NCBI GenBank assembly: GCA_030704615.1
Contig: CM060733.1
Span: forward strand, 14,136,001 to 14,200,000
Source: Takakia lepidozioides
Taxonomy: Eukaryota; Plantae; Bryophyta
Direction of reading: 5' to 3'
Length of the DNA stretch: 64,000 bases
In this document: positions 37,762 to 49,370 of the stretch, piece after piece
Position numbering within the stretch: position 1 is the stretch's first letter
How the letters are laid out: the number at the start of each line of letters is the position of its first letter
Made by a program: the position numbers and the translations under genes
The notes under the pieces: generated by a model
The model's database searches: none
Seen by the model: only the letters and a program-made list of their open reading frames with translations
What the model was told of the DNA's origin: nothing

Positions 37762-39440
37762 ATGGTAAGCTCCCGATTGTGTTGTGCTGAGAGTAATCTG
37801 CTTGTGTTGGACTGTGGATTGTCTCTAGATGTGTAGAGGTTGTGAGAGAGACACGCAGAGAAGCGGTGCTGCAGCGTTACTGTTTGTATCTTGCGTGGTC
37901 GTGAAGTGCTTACAAATAGCCTCCTATGACGGTTTGTGGCTTCAGACGGTGAAACGTCGCAATGGAGGGCGTAACAAGCACGGCCGAGGCCATGTTAATC
38001 CGATTCGTTGCTCCAACTGTGGGCGCTGCGTACCCAAGGTAGGCTCTTGGTCTGATGTTCTCTTCACTGCAAAATCCGGTTTCAATGATGACTGGTGCTA
38101 TAACTGGATCTTGTCAGTTTGGGGTTATGCTCCCTGCCAATTTTCGAGGATAGCTGTCAAAGCTGGGAAAGTTTCTCAGTTAGAGCAGGAGAGATGAAAT
38201 TGATTGACCTGGTTGTAGGTTGTTGGTGATTTAGTCTGGGTATCCAGACAATCCAGCCGCACACGGGTATTTGTGATAATGTTCTAGTTCCTAGGAATCA
38301 CGCGTCTTGAACCAAGTTGTTATCTGAGTGCTGTCTTTATAGATGGAAAGATTGTTGTACCACTCCACTGATGCAATAAATGCTTGATCAACAGCAAAAA
38401 ATCCTTGCGTGGTATCTCTCCTTTTAACACCATAATTCTCCTGGTCACAGTTCTGGGTTTATGAAGAATATTAAAGTGTGTGAATGCAGGACAAGGCAGT
38501 AAAGAGATTTTTGGTGCGCAACATAGTGGAGCAGGCTGCTGTCCGGGATGTGCAAGAGGCTTGTGTCTATGAGGGTAAGCTTCTTCTCACTCCTCTTCTC
38601 TATTACCCAGCAACATCACTGCCTGGAAAGAATCTCGTAACATCAGACTGCCAGAGTTCAGCAAGGCTAAAAGAAGAGTTTCTGTGGGTGCAGGATATGT
38701 GCTGCCAAAGCTGTATGCTAAGATGCAGTATTGTATCTCATGTGCCATTCACTCACACGTAGTGCGCGTCCGGTCCCGTGAAGCCCGCCGTATCCGCGAG
38801 CCTCCACAGCGCTTCCGCCGCAAGGTTTCTCCCTCTCTCTCTCTCTTGCTTGCTTGAGAAGGAGTGAGTTTTCTCAGAGAGACATGCATGGGTGTCTCTA
38901 TTACTCTCTCAAAGGCCCTGAACGTCCTGGAGCAGTTTATCCAAACAATGAAGACTTTCGCCACTGAAAAATACTCTCTAGTGCAGGATCCATATTGATG
39001 TGTCTGACACCACCCATTTGAGTGAAATCACAAAAAGACTCGAAGGGAGAGCATAGTCTTTGTGACCCAATTGACGTCAAAATTGTGGTCGTATTTAAAT
39101 CTGGGACAGTGTACAGTCTCCTTGGGGCCATTCATGCGAGATTGTAGCTGGGAGTTGCAGCTGTTATCAAAAAGCTACATGATGCATTTCTCTGGCCTAA
39201 AAAGGAGGCCAGAGAAAACTGATTACTTCTTGTCAATGACAGAAAATTCTTTATGATTACTGCATGCATCTCTGCTAGCCAAACAGATGGATACTCAGTC
39301 ACCTTCAAACTTTGCGTGTCCCGGTCCCCAAGTTCCCAGAATTCATGTTGTGCTGATTGTTTCCATTGGTGAAAATTGGACAGGAGGATGCAACCCCACG
39401 GCCTGTCCCTGGTGCACGTCCAGTTGGAGCTAAACCATGA
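37762..39440 (+). CDS. RPS26: 40S ribosomal protein S26 (eS26), 5 exons, ~122 aa
   Basis: Exons 37762-37764, 37946-38038, 38490-38574, 38694-38824 and 39384-39440 splice to [55 protein letters not shown]..; all introns GT-AG. Confidence 0.97.
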
Positions 39441-42400
39441 ATGCAGAAGTCAAGGTCAAATGAATGATAGCATTGCATGAATGGAACTTTTGAGAGGTGA
39501 TGGGGATTCTCCATCTGAATTTTGTCGTGTTTGGCACATTCTATTATTGCAGTTGAAGTCAAAGTATCCATTTCTTCTGCAAGGTATTATCTCCGTGCAG
39601 TGGAGAAGAGTTTGTAGCCTGTTTCTTGCAGAGGTCTACTTTCAGAGGAGTACTCGAAATGGTAAAGGGGTTGCGATTGTGAGATGAGGCCATGATACCT
39701 TTCATCCCCTTGGTAATGGTGTAAGTTGAGATTTGTGAGTCTCAGGAGTCCCATCAGGAGTTCTATCTAAAGATAATATGCTTTTCTTAATGATTTAGTG
39801 GATGTGTGTTCTATTCTACTCCTCTTTGGGCATTTCACATCAAGTTTGCACTTTCTTTCTTCTAGTGGGAGCAGTTCTCCATGCTTTCCCGATGGACTTT
39901 TGAATATGGTCAGCTGTTTTGGTGAATGTGACTTAACATTGGTTAATAACCTCTTCAAGGGCGGCTAGAAGCACAAAGACTACACCAGAATGCACATATG
40001 CTACCCTGCCACACCCCATGGACAGGTAGAGAGGAGAGCTCCTCAACAAAGCATAAATAGCACATCTTCTACCAACACCATGAACAGGTGGTTTCATGAA
40101 AATGGATGGTCACATGGGAGGGTGGACAGCAGGTAGTATGCTGGCTAGTGTGCCTGGCCCTAAACAGTGTGAAGACGGTCAGCCTTGACCCAAATTGCCT
40201 AAAGTACGGCGGAGGTGCCCCTTGTACACAATTAGTTTTTTTCCTGTGGACCTCTAAATGTTTCTTACCACCAGCAATGTCTTAGCCCCACAGGGTAGGG
40301 AATAGTTCCTGCGGGTACTGGATCTCAAGGATAGAGCACTGATGAGTGCTGCCTAGGTAGTTCTGGCCTGCTACTGTGGTATCATCTTCTACCCCTTCAC
40401 TTTGGGTGGTATTCCATGCTTCCAACTCATAGGGTTATTTTACTTTGAAAGAGGTTATTTAGGGGGCTGAGTTGTCAGGGGTTACTCTGGCTGTTGTCCT
40501 TTCAGACAAAAAAAAGTTATGGCAGAGAGGCCTTCAGATTCAAGGATCCACAGTATCAACAGCATTTCATCATCCAAATGTAGGCGAACTCAACTGCAAA
40601 TGAAAAAGTCTGTTAGACTCTTATGGAATAGATAAGCTTGTACTTGTCCAGGCTCAAAAGCTGTGGAGCTGTTAACTCTCTTGAACTTATTTTACCAGCA
40701 ACTGTGCGCATCAGCCCTTTTTTTTTTTCATTTATGAAGTTTCACAGACATGGCTACAGACAGCAGGCTCCTATGCCTGACACTTTGCCTATCTCCTTGC
40801 GTGATCTCCTCCAGGCTGTTGGCTAGGAGGAGGTTCGCTCTTGGCTAAGAGGAGGTTCGCTCTGTTGGAGTAACTTACTATAGCTTCTGTTTTCGTCGCC
40901 GGTTGAGTAGCTTACTATAGCTGTTGTTTTTTTCTCTAGCTGAGTAGCTTACTATAGCTTTTTGTTTTCTTCTCTTGCTTCTTGTTCTTTCCCCTCCCCA
41001 CCTTTTTGGGAACTTCTCATCCTATGTACGTTCACCCATTGTACATGATGTAAATAAAGTCTTACAGGGTTCATCATCCTTGGAACTTTATTGGCGATTA
41101 TATTCAATTTTTTTGGTGCAACGGCTGGCAACAATACTTCAATTCAGGTTGAGTTTTGGCTGTGAAACCAAAATACAATTTGTGATGGCGACACTCTGAT
41201 TTTTAAGATACAAAATTTGTGGCTCCAATATTGGAATATGAACGCTACTTGCACAATGACCAAGGCAACAGCCCATAGAAAATGCTAAGACGAGCTGGGC
41301 GGTACATGTAGGCACTACATGGAAACTTATCCTTAGAGGCATCGTAGTGCAGACTCTGCGATATCTAGTGGTGTACCTGTGTAGATCTGGCTATAGTTAC
41401 ACAATTGAGATCCAAATTTGAAGGCGCCAAGCTTGACGGAGCCAAAACGCTTCATTATCGTGTTGTTTATGACTAGTGGTAATGACACAGACTCTTCGGA
41501 CATAGGCAGCAAATCTATCTTAAGCAGCTACTCAAATCCAAGGGAGTAGCAGCACCAGGAACGAAGGATCTGTGTATCTACGGCAATTTGTAGCACGCGG
41601 GATTGCCATCACCTGCCAGCGTTTGGCTTTCCTTCTCGAAATTTCTTCCTGAACAATCAGCTACTGTAGACCTCTGCCCTTGCGAAGACTGTATCAATTA
41701 CGATCAGGTGTTGGGGTGGGGTTTCTCGATGTCTATTTCCAGGACTTCCTCTGGATATGCAAGTTCCGATTAGGGACAAAGACAGTTTGTGAGCGTCTAT
41801 CAAATGTGCAAAAACTTCATAATATACACAACCAAGGGGAACCCCAACAGCTAGGGTGGCCATTCTGGTGTAGAGATCAACATGTTATTGCAGCAAGGAA
41901 AACAATCGACACAAATCAAGTAGAAAGCGCTGGCACTTCACACTTCCATTGAGAAGCTAACATGTTGCCCAGCTATTTCTAAGGCGTCACTATACACAAC
42001 GTGAAGGAATTGAGCCGACTATCAGCGTTAGATTAGTATCTTCAATTCCCAATTGATATGAACTCCCATGAAATGAGACCATTAGACTAGTGCTCACGAT
42101 TCTTGTTACCGAGCTTGTTACACGAACTCTGACGCAGTTTTCTAGATGAATGTGACTGTCCTCACTTCACCTAAGGAAAATGAATGTGGCAGTAAAATTC
42201 TACAAACTCTTAGGCTGTTAAATTTTGCATTAAAGTGCAGAAGAGAAATAAGTAATTATCTGTCAAAAAGATAGTTGAAAGGATTGTAGTTGACAAAAAC
42301 AGATAATTGGATTGTGGCTGCGCGGTGCAATGCCCATTGAAAGAGAGATTCCACAGAAGACAGCGACCAGTACTTTTGACAGACGATCAGATACAAGCGA

Positions 42401-42743
42401 TTTATTTATGGATAGCTGACTGCAGTAAAAACCGACTGCAGTCACTTATTTGAAGAGTATTTCATGACCTGCCCAAACCCATGCACATCTCGACAAGGCA
42501 CGATCGTGCCATGTTTTAGCACCTTCAGAGCTTGCTTGAAAATCGAAGTTCTAACAATCTAGAATTGTTGGATCTGGATGCGAGGAAGTAAACGCTCCTG
42601 TACAGCCTCAAAGTCTACAACAAAATCTGGACCACCTTGTTTCTATCCTACGCAGTCTACACTAATCTAGACCACCTCGTTGACAATCCTAGGACGGAGC
42701 AGTGATGCTATCCCGCGCAGGATTCAGCAGTCTACGTCAAAAT

Positions 42744-44336
42744 CTAGACCACCTTGTTGAAAATTCTGCGACGGAGCAGTGAATTAGCAGGATCCTCGCG
42801 TTCGCTTCCCTCGACCAGCTGCTTGTTCTGGCAGATCCAAGCGCGAAGCTCGGTTCCCATCTGCAATCTGCTCAATCACCATTTTCATTGAATGATTAGA
42901 TCCACCTTTCGACGAGTTCGCTTAGAATCTCAAGCAACAAACTGATCTGAACTAGATCTTGTAGAAATATGTGCATGCCTTATACATTTGCCGAATGAGA
43001 TAGTACCCACCTTGCTGGTATGGAGGCTTCTATGCCAGCTGCGCAGGCCACCTCTTCGATGTCGAAGGGTAAGTTACGGTCAAACTCCTTCATAGCGTGC
43101 TTGTCCCCCTCCACCCTCTTCAGATGTGCCACGTGGTGTGATGCACAGCGGACTTTCTCACCCTGCAATTACAGTAAATTATCAGAATTTTGCATCTTTC
43201 TGCATGTCAAGTGACGATTTCTCCGAACTCTACCGACCCCTCAAATTTATCGTCGATAACCGGCATCAGAAACCAAGAGAACTATTCCATGAAACGGCAG
43301 CACAAACTCACCTCATTCTCGACGCAACGTTCGAGGAAGACCACAGCACATGCATCGTTGGCCTTAATCGCCTGCTGATGAAGATCATTTGCCTTCTTGT
43401 ACGCCACCTGTGAACACTCACGAACCAGCCAACATCAACAAACAGAACCATCTTCGTCTTGCTGATGTACAAAAATAGCGCCAAATTACTTTGTGAACGT
43501 ACCTTGCTTACTGCCAGCATCTCGCTGAAACCGTACAGCAGATCAGACTGATCCTTCTGTGAGAAGCGGTCGGAAGAGATCTGAGCAACAGACCCAATTT
43601 CCACCCTCGCACCGCGTTTGGCGAGAAACTCTATGACCCTCCAGCTATCGTTGATTTCGATTTGGGATTTGATCTGTTGGTAAGAACATCGCCAAATGTT
43701 AAGGTGAGACTTTGAACTCTAGCTAGAATGATAACCACTTGCGCTTTGCCAAATTAGCAGGCTGAACTGATTACCTTGCAGTACAAGGCCACCCCGGGAA
43801 GCGCTACATTGTCATGGCTGAAGAAAGCCGATGCCGCAGCAAAAAGTGCTGCGGTATTGGCGTGATATCTGTAAGACGAGCCAAATGTCATTAGTGGACG
43901 AGTTCAACACAAAACAGCCACCTGCATATATGTATCCGGACGGGACGGTGACAATGCAAGAAATCACTTGAGAGAGTGGGCCTTGAACGCACGCAATGCA
44001 CTTATTGAGGGCGTTGTCGATCTCAGCGCTTGCTTGCGGAATGCGCGCCAACGAGGCACTGACATCACCCACTCTTACGCTCTTGATCTGCTCCATCTCC
44101 TTCTTGATCTGCTCCAGAAGTTTAATGTTGATTAGTTACGCAAGTTACATGTTCCGATCGATATCAGCACAGTCTACATAAGAAAACAGAGTCACTTAAG
44201 CACTTGCTGAACGTCAACTGGTCTCGATTCTAGCTGGGGCCGAAAACTATAATATAAAGTTTCACGTTCGTGACTGTAGCGGGCTGTTTACCTCTTCCGC
44301 ACAAGGGAAGTCCGCGCCTCCAGCACGAAAGGCCAT
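42744..44336 (-). CDS. Divergent ferritin-like protein, copy 1 (7 coding exons, ~265 aa)
   Basis: MAFRAGGADFPCAEE/IKKEMEQ..SLAR..ALNKCIA/YHAN..FFSHDNVALPGVALYCK/..FLAKRGARVEI..DLLYGFSEMLAVSK/..NDACAVVFLERCVENE/GEKVRCASHHVAHLKRVEGDKHAMKEFDRNL..; aligns colinearly with plant ferritin helices A-E; frame stays open through GT-AG junctions. Confidence 0.85.
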
Positions 44337-44599
44337 TGTTTCCGGAAGTGTTGATAAATCTGGTACGCTTACCTGCGAATGTGCACAACTTACTCAGAAG
44401 ACCCAGTACTTAATCAAACAATGCGAACTTCTGAATCGCTCTCTCTGTACTAACTAACATTCTTCCAGCTGCGAAAGCAATGAACACAGGATAACTCACT
44501 CACTCACAGTCGATTGAGAAATGTCGCTACCGAGGTCTTTAGGCAGATGCAGGTGAAGAGCACGAAGAAGGATTGTGAGATAACCAGAGAAAGATGGGG

Positions 44600-45110
44600 G
44601 TATGTATAGGGCTGGAACTGCGAGTAGAGCAGGGCTGCACACCCCCCACGCACTCCTCCCACGCAGTCAAGTGCGAGAGACCTGCACTTGCCCGAGCAGC
44701 CGCGGCATGCCACACCATGTGTCCACCTCGCATGTGTAGCACTGTAGTTTACCACCAGTAATTCAAGTTATTTTTATCTAGATTTACTGCTACTACGTAC
44801 GTTGCAGTTGAAGGCCATCACACCAAAATGCTGAGAATTCTGAGAGAGTCCATTTACTAAGTTTAAACCGGGTGAAGTATTTTCTCGATCCAGTAAGCAA
44901 TGCCTACAACTCTTCACGTGCGCAGAATCGACAAGTGGCTGCGACGCGGCTGCTGGTGGCTACACACTAGTGACGCAAAGCGACACGTGCTTCGGTGTTG
45001 ACATCCGTTGGCGAGCACGCGTGGAACGTGAGCAGTGCGATTCCAGCACCAGCACTCTTTCTATTCTGCAACTCATCCTCAGCTTCACCCACTTTGCAGG
45101 CCTATATATA
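44600..45110. promoter_or_regulatory. Shared divergent promoter with G-box/ABRE and CE3-like motifs
   Basis: CACGTG at 44915 and 44984, ACGCGTGG at 45017, TATATATA at ~45103, TATA-like sequence on the minus strand at ~44605. Confidence 0.55.
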
Positions 45111-45363
45111 TCTCGATCCGTCTTTGTTTATCTCACAAACTCTTCTTCGCTGTGAGATCTGCGTGCCTGTTCCTGAAAGCCTCAAGTGTCATTCGTCAAT
45201 CGACCGAGTGAGTTGTCATGATAACGTGTTTCAAATTACGCTGGTGCCCAGCTTTGAAGGATGTTAGTATATAAAGAGGCGAAAAATGATTTTACATCGT
45301 TTGGTTAGAAGGTCTTCTGATGGGGCTTTGCACGTTCGCAGATCTATCTACTCTTCTGCAACA

Positions 45364-46967
45364 ATGGCGCATAGGGGAGGAGGCGTCGGTCAGGATAACT
45401 TCCCTTACGCGGAGGAGGTAAACAAACCGCTGCAGCGTCCCAACATGGACATTTCTTGTATTTTTCTGAGATAGAATACTAGAAACCAGTTCGTAGTAAT
45501 CCAGGGACTCTGGTTGCTGTTATATTGATCAGCAGTGCTGATCGAAACATTCAAAAAACTTGCGCTAGATTAACACTTAACTCTGGACCAGATCAAGAAG
45601 GAGATGGAGCAGATCAAGACCGCTAGAGTGGGTGATGTGAGTGCCTCGTTGGCGCGCATTCCGCAAGCAAGCGCTGAGATCGACGACGCCCTCAACAAGT
45701 GCATTGCGTGCGTTCAAGGCCCACTATCTCTTGATTTCTTGCGTTGTCCCTGTCCCGTCCCTATATATGCAGGTGGCTGTTGGAAGACGAGTTTTATGTT
45801 GAACTCGTCCACTGATGACATTTGACTCGTCTTGCAGATATCACGCCAATAGCGCAGCACTTTTTGCTGCGGCATCGGCTTTCTTCAGCCATGACAATGT
45901 AGCGCTTCCCGGGGTGGCCTTGTACTGCAAGGTAATTAGTTCAGCCTACTGATTTGGCAAAGCGTAAGTGTTATCATTTTAGATAGACCTCAAAATCTCA
46001 CCTTAACAGTGGCGATGTTGTTACCAACAGATCAAATCCCAAATCGAAATCAACGATAGCTGGAGGGTCGTGGACTTTCTCGCCAAACGCGGCGCGAGGG
46101 TGGAAATTGGGTCTGTTGCTCAGATCTCTTCCGACCGCTTCTCACAGAAGGACCAGTCTGATGTGCTGTACGCATTCAGCGAGATGCTGGCAGTAAACAA
46201 GGTACGTTAGCAACTTGTATGAAGGCTTGTATGAAGTTATTTGACGCTATTTTAGTCAACAATTATGCATAAGACATTGATATAGGTTCTCTCTGTTGAT
46301 ATTGGCTGGTTCGTGATTGTTCACAGGTGGGGTACAAGAAGGCCAATGATCTTTTTCAGCGGGCGGGGAAGGCAAACGATGCACGTGCTGAGGTCTTCCT
46401 TTCAGGTTGCGTCCAGAATGAGGTGAGTTTGTGCTGCCGATTCATCGAATAGTTCTCTTGCTTTCTGATGCCGCTTATCGACGATAAATTTGAGGGGGCG
46501 GTAGAGTTCGGTGTAGAAAGATGCAAATTTTTGATAATTTACAATTGCAGGGTGAGAAAGTCCGCTGTGCATCACACCACGTGGCACATCTGAAAAGTGT
46601 GGAGGGGGACAAGCACGCTATGAAGGAGTTTGACCGTAACTTACCCTTCGACATCGAAGAGTTGGCCTGCGCAGCTGGCATAGAAGCCTCCATACCAGCA
46701 AGGTACGTACTATCTCATTCGGCTAATGTATAAGTCATGCACATATTGCTACAAGATTAAGTTCATCACTTTGTTGCTTGAGATTCTAAACGAACTCGTG
46801 GAGAGTTGGATCTTATCATTGAATGAAAATGGTGATTGAGCAGATTGCAGATGAGAACCGAGCTTCGGGCTTGGATCTGGCAGAACAAGCAGCTGGTCGA
46901 GGGAAGCGAACGCGAGGATCCTGCTAATTCACTGCTCCGTCGCAGGGTGTTCAACAAGGTGGTCTAG
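45364..46967 (+). CDS. Divergent ferritin-like protein, copy 2 (7 coding exons, ~268 aa)
   Basis: Exons 45364-45417, 45592-45707, 45838-45931, 46031-46201, 46327-46422, 46551-46702 and 46844-46967 join in frame; motifs FSHDNVALPG, KRGARV, DVLYAF and FDRNL correspond to ferritin FDRDNVALKG, KRGGRV, DALYAM and FDQML. Confidence 0.88.
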
Positions 46968-47679
46968 ATTTTGATGTAGCAGACCGCTGAATCCTGCGCG
47001 GGATAGCATCACTGCTCCCTCCTAGGATTGTCAGCGAGGTGGCCTAGACTTTAGTTTAGACTGTTGAAACCTGCATGCGCAGGACAGAGATGAGGGGTCT
47101 AGATTTTGTTGTAGACGTTGAGAGGGTAAATAGAGACACGATCAAGTGCTTCCTCGCGGATCTAACATCTAGATTTGAAAATTCTAGATGTCGAGGTTTT
47201 TCAAGCAAGCTCTGAAGAGCAAAGCAAGGTATCGATCGGCGTGCCTTGTTCATAGCCTTAGTGCACGTGGTTTTGGGTTGGAGGCAGGTCAAGAATTACT
47301 CTTCAAAGTGACTGGAATTGCTTACTGCAGTGAGCTGTACATAAAAACATCGTTTTTACGAATGGTCTGTCGTCTGTTTACGATCTCCTGTTCAACTATC
47401 TTTTTCAAGTATTCAACTGTTGCTGGAATTGAACAGGTTGGAGTTTGAAAGTGTATGCGCGATACACAAGAATTATCACCTCAGAAGTGACATTCACATC
47501 TGAAAATGCTGAATCATAGTTTGTGTAACAAGAATCACGCTCAAAAGGCTGTAGAGAGTCTTATTTCATGGAAAGATCATATTGGGCACTGAAGACAGTG
47601 GGATCGGTGCATTTACACTTCGTATAGTAATCTTTTCTAATCTTTCCCATGTTAGCTTTGACGGGGAAGTTAAGAGCTC

Positions 47680-48800
47680 TTTCTACTGGCCTTCTGTCAA
47701 TTGTTAAATTAGAGTTCCCTTGGCGATATTCCCCTTCTCAAGGTGAGAGTTCGTATAACGATGCTATACTTCTGCCACTCCCTAAGGTTATGAAGCTTCT
47801 GTGGAAGCCATTGACACCTGCGGAATCCTTAAGGCGATATTATCATATAATGCGTCACTGGCTTCCCTTGCCCTATAGATCCAAGTATTTTGCGCAACCA
47901 TGGCATTCTGCAAGTAATCTTTTCAAGGAATTGCTTGCATTTCAGCTACTTTTGGGGTTTGTATTCACCAAAACTCGAGAGGTAGCTAGCATTGTCATGG
48001 GTTGTGGCACTTATTATGCAGCCTGTTTTTTATTAAAGAGGGTTTTCTCTAGCCCCCTAGTTCACATTCTGTAGTGGTTCCCATGGTTATATTATGAAGT
48101 TTTGGCACATTTTCAGATAGACACTCATAAACGCTTGGCTATATGTCCCAAATCCTAGAAACTTGTAATATATGGCTCAGGTGAAATAACTGTGTTGCAT
48201 GGAGGATTGATTGCAGCGAGATTGCAGCTTACGGTCTACACTAGATAGTCTTTGGCTCTAGTGCTTCTGCCCGTCTCAAAACTTGATGGCTGGTATTTTC
48301 CTGGCCTGTTATGTTTTGTGATTACTGAAGACACCCAATTGATAGAGTAGCCTCAAATGTTGGGTCTTGATAAGTGCCGCAAATGTCATTTAGTGAGCTG
48401 CATACTATCATACTAGTGCAAAGATCAGTTGCTAAAAGCTATAGGCCCGTATTTTGAGTCCATTTTACCTGCTCAAGTTGGCGGTGGCTTTTGTGTCACA
48501 AGGGAATGGGTCAACTGACTAAAATATCTGCATGGATTTCTAGATTACTCACTAGAGCAGATCCACTTGATGTTGAGCAATAATCTTTTTTATCAGCAGG
48601 TCATTGGTACGACGTACGGTAGTTCATAAGTACCGAAGATACTAATTAAGAATTAGACGCATTGGGCTTTGCGAAGCTGGTTAGAACTATGTATATTGGT
48701 GCAGTAACCTGCAGAAGGTGGGTGGATTGTAATGGGCAACGAGCTGGGAGATTTTTTTCTACCAGTGGCGCGTTTAGACCGAGTTTAGACCTTGCTGGCC
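47680..48800 (+). mobile_element. Possible highly decayed LINE reverse transcriptase fragment
   Basis: Only scattered motifs, such as LPAQVGGG (cf. LPKxEGGLG); no long ORF. Confidence 0.25.
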
Positions 48801-48849
48801 CCTACTAACTTGGAGAATTCTACATTGGCTGTAATGTCCAAAGCGGTTC

Positions 48850-49370
48850 ATGAGGACTATTAACCTTTTTGGGCTCTGAAGCAATCGAGTGACATACCCG
48901 TCGGAGAGCAAGACATGTTTGTAGTAGCTCTAAGATCTTGCATGACATTCTCTGCGTCAGATTGCCATAGAGCTATCCTTCGTTCCAGGTGCTGATCAGA
49001 ACTACTGCCCTTATCAGAAGTGTACCATAGATGTGCTCTTATTTCTGAAGGGTCTGTGTCATTACCACTAATTTGAATACTAATAAATAGCAACTCTGAT
49101 CTGATTGACTTTAGTATGAACAGGATTACTTCTGTAGCCTAGAGCATCGATCACACGAGGAGTACTCTTAGAAGAGATGCTCTTACACTTTGATACCATT
49201 GAAGTTTATGTCACCACTTGTGAAAAGCCATGAGGTTGATCAAAGCATACACCCACTTGGACGTGGGGGCCAATAAACAGACCTCTGGACAGATCACATC
49301 ATGAGCGTCCATCGCCCTCCAATAACAATGTTGAGAGAGAGAAGACTCCGGCCGAGGCCATAGTAACTAA
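48850..49370 (-). mobile_element. Possible LTR retrotransposon 5' remnant
   Basis: tRNA-iMet-type PBS TGGTATCAAAG on the minus strand at 49188-49198, next to a ..CA end at ~49200; no partner LTR found. Confidence 0.3.

Larger units (their letters stand above)
41955..47660. repeat. Local inverted duplication (arms ~41955-44340 and ~45360-47660) around a ~1-kb spacer
   Basis: Exons, introns and 3' flanks are reverse-complement homologous, e.g. 43780-43870 vs 45830-45935. Confidence 0.9.

Noticed and set aside
41640-41880. GVPLG peptide reminiscent of the NB-ARC GLPL motif
   Set aside because: No P-loop, kinase-2 or MHD motif nearby; too short to support.
42744-46967. Inverted duplication as a hairpin-RNA/miRNA locus or an assembly artefact
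   Set aside because: The arms are transcribed divergently, have diverged introns, and both keep open spliced frames, which fits two real paralogous genes.
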